Of a DNA stretch of 64,000 nt, positions 60,151 to 64,000 are shown in pieces. The stretch is taken from the IMG/VR virus record IMGVR_UViG_3300038393_000573, positions 1 to 64,000 of that record. One strand, 5' to 3'. This DNA is from a virus. The notes under the pieces are model-generated. The model saw only the letters and a program-made list of their open reading frames with translations. It had not been told where the DNA came from and did no database searches. Within the stretch, counting starts at the first letter, position 1; every line of letters starts with the position of its first letter. The position numbers and the translations under genes are program-made.

Positions 60151-60405
60151 TCAAGTCTTTTGTTGTTTCGTTGCTAAAGCCATTAGGTCTGCAGCCCCTG
60201 TCTTGGATACGGCAGCGAAGTCGCCCACGTAGACATCGCCAGCGTACACCTGTGGCACGGAACGATGGCCCTTGGCCTTGAAGAAAGCTTTCGCTCCCTC
60301 ATCCTCCGTTACCATCTTCACTTCAAACGGAATGTTGAAGCGAAGCAGCAGGGCTTTGACTGCGGTACAGCCCGGACAAGCCGGGGTCGAATAGACGGTA
60401 AGCAT
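60151..60405 (-). CDS. glutaredoxin/thioredoxin-fold redoxin (NrdH-like position)
   Basis: MLTVYSTPACPGC...VPQVY pattern; TAATG overlap with the RNR stop. Confidence 0.75.
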   Translation of the reverse strand: MLTVYSTPACPGCTAVKALLLRFNIPFEVKMVTEDEGAKAFFKAKGHRSVPQVYAGDVYVGDFAAVSKTGAADLMALATKQQKT

Positions 60406-63218
60406 TACAGGATAACCTCGCATTGGCCGCCAGCACAGGCCGCTTCCTGCGTAAAGCCCGTAGCGTCGTCGGTTTCAATCACCTGCGTAAGATCGATGCT
60501 ATGAAGCAGCGACATCATCGCATTGTACTCTTCTTCCGTGCAGTCTTCGAACGGCGCTTGGATGTACGTCCCACCGTCATAAGGCAACACGCTGATGCCG
60601 TTGTACTCGTTGCGATGCTTCCACATCCACTCACCGCAGGCTTCCCACTCGTCAGGCTTCAGGCTGATGGTGCAAGATACGTTGTGCTTCTGCACGCCGC
60701 GATTATGGCCCGGAGCAATCCACTCCTGATTGAACCTGCGAACACGCTCCAGCAAATCCAAGAACGACTCATCGCGCAAGATGGAGCCCTCGGGAGCTTT
60801 CTGCGGAATCGTCAGCACGGCTTCAAGGTGCGGTTTGAAGTGGCAATCCTCCACAAGCTCCGGGAAGTTGGCCTTCACGTAGGCGTACAGCGGCTCGTTC
60901 TTTCCAAGGCGCATACGGCGACGGTAGAACGGAGCGTGCCATGCATGGATGCCAGATGAAGAGCCCACCACGATAGAGGCAGTGCCTTCAGGCTTGAGAA
61001 GCGAGGTCCGAGCAGCCGTATTAATGCCGACTAGCGATGCCACATCCTTGTTCACTGTCACCACAATGCGTGCGGCTTCCGTCAAGTCCAGTTTCAACAC
61101 CCTGCCAGAGCCGATGCCCGTCATGGACACACCGATAAGGGCGTCTTCTTCCGTAACCTTCTTCCATTCATCCCGCAGATAGTGGAAGTCTGTATAGGAT
61201 GCTTGCAGAGTGCCGATGAGGGTAGCAGCGGCTACTCGTTTGTTCAACTCATCTTGCGTCTCGACATCCGATGCGTTAACCGTAGTAAGGTTGCAGAACG
61301 AGAACATTCGCAACGTAGCCTCGACACAGTTGTGCGCAACAACGCCATTGACGATGCCCCAATGAGTTTCAGGCTCAGTGAAGTCAAACACTTCAGCTTC
61401 CCCCGCCGACAGAACAGCCGAAACAGTAGGAGAGCTTTCGCGAATTGCTTGTGCCAGTGCTTCACGCTTGTAGCCATGCACAAACGAAACGACTTCCGCA
61501 AACCGAATCAGGTTCTCAAGCCCAGCGAGGTTAACGTCATAGCTCTCCCGGCTTTCGTATTCTCCGTTAGGCCATTGAATCCGCTTCGCCTTATTTGTCG
61601 TCACATACGGCGTCATTCCTTTGGCCTGCAGCCACTCAACTACTTGCTGTGCAAGCAACTTAGATGTCGTCTTGAGAGCAACACGTTTACCAGATGCAAT
61701 CACACACCCGTTTGCAGAGTACAGACCCATGAGGAAGTCGTCACTGCGGTTATCACCAAGCTGCCTATCAAACGTCTGTGTAACGGGCAAGCCATACTTG
61801 TCCACAAGCGATCTGGCAGATTGGAGGTAATGCCGATGGTTGTCTGACAGGGTGACCCCAAAAATGTCCGCTACTTCTACGTCATTCTCGCCAATGCACA
61901 CCACAATTCCAGCCTTGTCAGGATTTGCAGCGTCCGTCAGGCACGCATCGCCGAGCATGAAGCCAGCTTTGAAATCTTCTTGAACGCGAGGAATAGCCTT
62001 GCCGGTAAAGTAAGGCATAAGCCGCTTACCTGCCAAGTCTTTAGCCTCGCACTCCGTTCCGTCATTCAGCATGAATGTGTGATTGGGTGTGACGTACAGG
62101 CTAGGCTTCCTTCCGGCCCTGCTGTGACGAAAGCGGACTTCCACAACAGGCTTTACGCCAGTGGACCACACCTTGCCAGCGGTGAGGTTGCCGTCCTTAT
62201 TGACGTTGAGGAATTCCTTACCCACGAGGCTATCGATTCGTTTGTAGCCTTCGGAGGTAAGCAGTTCCATATCGCCCCTAAAGCACGGGTTGCTCAGAAT
62301 CTCCTTATCGTTAGTCCAATAGACGCCCGGCTCCCCCGCGTTAGACTCTTCAACTCTCTGCCACAGACGTTGAAATGCGTCTTGATCGATTTCATCCCTG
62401 TGCAACACAGCGGAGTTGTTCGCACGCCCGCGCTGGGGGTTCAGTTCCCACCATGCACCGCTCTTGCAAGTCACCATGTCAAGGTCGTCATGGCTGAAGA
62501 ACGCGATCATGGCTGCACGGCGGATACCTCCAGAAAGGACAGCATCGGCAATGTGACACTGCATATCATGGCACTCCAGCGTCGTCAGCTTGCGACCGAC
62601 AGCCCCATTCAACACCGTGCGGAGATTTTCCAGACAGATGCGCAGGGGTTCCGGGCCGGGAGCCTTGCCGCCAGCAGTTACCAGCGTGGCACCCTTCGGA
62701 CGGATATCGCGAAAATCAAAATCAGGGTTGGCCCTGCCCTCTGCGTACGCCTTCAGGAGCATCTTCACCGCGTCGCCCCAGCCTTCAATCGAATCGGAGA
62801 CAAGGTAGCGCCTGCGTGTGGTCTTCGGTCCTTGGATGACGGGCAGCTTTTCAATATGATGCTTCTGCACGCTGTAGCCTACGCCTGTGCCTCCCAGCAG
62901 CAGGAACATGGTTTCACCAAAGGCCACTACATTGTCCACGGGGAGTAGGCAGCAGTTGTAGATTCTTGTGTGGTTGAGTTCAATGGGACGCCCGCCGAAT
63001 TGCATGGATCGCATGGACGGGAGCACCTTCTTAGTCTTGACGTAATCCGTATACACGGCTCGGATGCTGTCCTCAAGCTGCGGGAACTTCTTCAGGTGCA
63101 TCGCTGCATTGCGATCACAGATTTCCTCCCACGTTTCGCGGCGCTTGAGGGCGGGAATGTATTTGGCGTACTTGTTGTAAATGATGATGTCACTGAAGAC
63201 TTGTTGGGAAATGTCCAT
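60405..63218 (-). CDS. nrdJ: ribonucleotide reductase, class II (B12-dependent, NrdJ-like), interrupted by an intein
   Basis: Exteins join to give ...EILSNP-CVEATL...FCNL (NPC-E thiyl-radical loop); C-terminal CAGGQC pair; 618 aa without the intein. Confidence 0.75.
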   Translation of the reverse strand: MDISQQVFSDIIIYNKYAKYIPALKRRETWEEICDRNAAMHLKKFPQLEDSIRAVYTDYVKTKKVLPSMRSMQFGGRPIELNHTRIYNCCLLPVDNVVAFGETMFLLLGGTGVGYSVQKHHIEKLPVIQGPKTTRRRYLVSDSIEGWGDAVKMLLKAYAEGRANPDFDFRDIRPKGATLVTAGGKAPGPEPLRICLENLRTVLNGAVGRKLTTLECHDMQCHIADAVLSGGIRRAAMIAFFSHDDLDMVTCKSGAWWELNPQRGRANNSAVLHRDEIDQDAFQRLWQRVEESNAGEPGVYWTNDKEILSNPCFRGDMELLTSEGYKRIDSLVGKEFLNVNKDGNLTAGKVWSTGVKPVVEVRFRHSRAGRKPSLYVTPNHTFMLNDGTECEAKDLAGKRLMPYFTGKAIPRVQEDFKAGFMLGDACLTDAANPDKAGIVVCIGENDVEVADIFGVTLSDNHRHYLQSARSLVDKYGLPVTQTFDRQLGDNRSDDFLMGLYSANGCVIASGKRVALKTTSKLLAQQVVEWLQAKGMTPYVTTNKAKRIQWPNGEYESRESYDVNLAGLENLIRFAEVVSFVHGYKREALAQAIRESSPTVSAVLSAGEAEVFDFTEPETHWGIVNGVVAHNCVEATLRMFSFCNLTTVNASDVETQDELNKRVAAATLIGTLQASYTDFHYLRDEWKKVTEEDALIGVSMTGIGSGRVLKLDLTEAARIVVTVNKDVASLVGINTAARTSLLKPEGTASIVVGSSSGIHAWHAPFYRRRMRLGKNEPLYAYVKANFPELVEDCHFKPHLEAVLTIPQKAPEGSILRDESFLDLLERVRRFNQEWIAPGHNRGVQKHNVSCTISLKPDEWEACGEWMWKHRNEYNGISVLPYDGGTYIQAPFEDCTEEEYNAMMSLLHSIDLTQVIETDDATGFTQEAACAGGQCEVIL
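61329..62285 (-). mobile_element. intein (319 aa) with LAGLIDADG homing-endonuclease domain
   Basis: Starts with Cys (CFRGDMELLT), ends VVAHN followed by +1 Cys; dodecapeptide motifs FKAGFMLGDA and FLMGLYSANG. Confidence 0.85.
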
Positions 63219-63299
63219 GCTTTCCTTGTACTACTTGTGTGTTATGTTGATCCAGAAAAGAAAGAGCCGTGAAGATTGCTCTCCACGACCCGGACGATA

Positions 63300-63328
63300 A
63301 TTATAGCACGTAGCTAGCTAGTCGTCAA
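63300..63328 (-). promoter_or_regulatory. promoter TTGACG-N17-TATAAT upstream of the RNR gene
   Basis: Read on the reverse complement; the -35 overlaps the upstream gene stop. Confidence 0.65.
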
Positions 63329-63926
63329 GCTTACCGATTCTCAAGTTGGTAAGCACTTCCTTGTGTCGCCGGATGGTCTTCCTTGCAAGCTTCATGTCAG
63401 GTTGCTTCTGGTAATCCTCGGGCAGCTTCAGGCTTCCATCTTCCTTATGCTGGCTACCCCGAATGTCATCCAGAATTTGTTCCAGTTGCCGAATCTTGCT
63501 CACGATTTCAGCTTCATCGGGATTCGTCAGGCTCTCCGGGAAGTCCGTATCAGGCTCACCATCACGAGTTGCACTACTGTAGGCACCGATGCTGGATGCT
63601 TGATTCATCATTCGGCACAGTTCCGCACACAGGCTCATGTCCGTCAAAGCCGCTGCCGCCATTTTGTCTTCCAGCGTAGCAAGCGAGCTATTCAGGAATT
63701 CACGGTCAGTTCTCACTTCACCACGAATCACGAAGCCGATTTCCACGGTATTCGCAAGCGTGCGATGCTGGCTAACCGTGTAGCTCAGACCCTTGTTCAG
63801 ATTGAAGCCGATGTCGTGCAGATACGGATTCACCAGCTTGTCATTGTCCGGGTGCACAAGATCGAAATACGTCAGGTGCGACAGTGCCGGGATACGCTTC
63901 AGGTCATAGACGCTGATTGCTTTCAT
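63318..63926 (-). CDS. hypothetical protein
   Basis: AAGGAG SD; ORF track 202 aa. Confidence 0.7.
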   Translation of the reverse strand: MKAISVYDLKRIPALSHLTYFDLVHPDNDKLVNPYLHDIGFNLNKGLSYTVSQHRTLANTVEIGFVIRGEVRTDREFLNSSLATLEDKMAAAALTDMSLCAELCRMMNQASSIGAYSSATRDGEPDTDFPESLTNPDEAEIVSKIRQLEQILDDIRGSQHKEDGSLKLPEDYQKQPDMKLARKTIRRHKEVLTNLRIGKLDD

Positions 63927-64000
63927 GCCTGCGCTCCTTCACGATTTGCAAAAATACCTTCAGGTGCCTTCAGCGTCTTCGGGTCAATCTTCTTCCAACC
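63923..64000 (-). CDS. hypothetical protein, C-terminal end only
   Basis: Reverse frame open from the window edge to a TGA that overlaps the next ATG (ATGA). Confidence 0.45.
   Translation of the reverse strand, partial: GWKKIDPKTLKAPEGIFANREGAQA

Noticed and set aside
61980-62948. 322-aa plus-strand ORF
   Set aside because: It lies antisense to the RNR and intein coding sequence.
63219-63299. Possible cobalamin riboswitch or NrdR box in the RNR leader
   Set aside because: The leader is only about 75 nt, too short for a B12 riboswitch. No NrdR-box-like palindrome pair was recognised, only a small hairpin (AGAGC/GCTCT) with a T-rich tail.
1-64000. Search for CRISPR arrays, rRNA genes, transposase or IS elements and integrase/attachment sites
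   Set aside because: No regularly spaced direct repeats with unique spacers were seen, nor rRNA-like sequence or transposase motifs. The only recombinase is the small resolvase/invertase-type enzyme at 17559..18224.

Overview
The window looks like a contiguous piece of a large tailed-phage (siphovirus-like) genome, about 55% GC, from a probably Gram-negative host. It has four modules. (1) 1-16.7 kb is a + strand early region. It holds about 50 very small ORFs of unknown function, many linked by ATGA/GTGA overlaps, and is punctuated by a repeated box-promoter-leader cassette and several ORF-free, structure-rich islands. (2) 16.7-26.2 kb starts with an ORF-free island carrying iteron-like repeats. 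It then holds a small serine recombinase, a cluster of perfect DnaA boxes, and a - strand operon: dCMP deaminase, metallophosphoesterase, ClpP-like protease, PhoH, a deleted SLOG/DUF2493 gene and a promoter-driven 58-nt tRNA-like minihelix. (3) 26.3-53.0 kb is the + strand late region. It encodes a tail fibre, a 7-tRNA array, an HNH endonuclease and a 678-bp ORF-free gap. These are followed by TerL, portal, S49 protease, scaffold, a gpD-like decoration protein, a gpE-like capsid protein and a SPRY protein. Next come neck and tail genes, a G/GT chaperone with an A_AAT_TTC slippery site, a 2223-aa tape measure, distal tail genes and a lysis cassette. (4) 53.1-64 kb is a - strand operon. It has a class II-like ribonucleotide reductase split by a LAGLIDADG intein, a redoxin, and a tightly linked Prs-like + NAMPT-like pair followed by vWA and macro-domain genes. 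The most notable system is that Prs-like/NAMPT-like pair. No NMN adenylyltransferase is visible in the window, which fits the recently described phage NAD+ reconstitution pathway NARP1 (Adps/Namat), here with extra ADP-ribose-related neighbours. All calls rest on reading motifs and structures by eye. No database search or folding program was run, and start codons of small ORFs are approximate.
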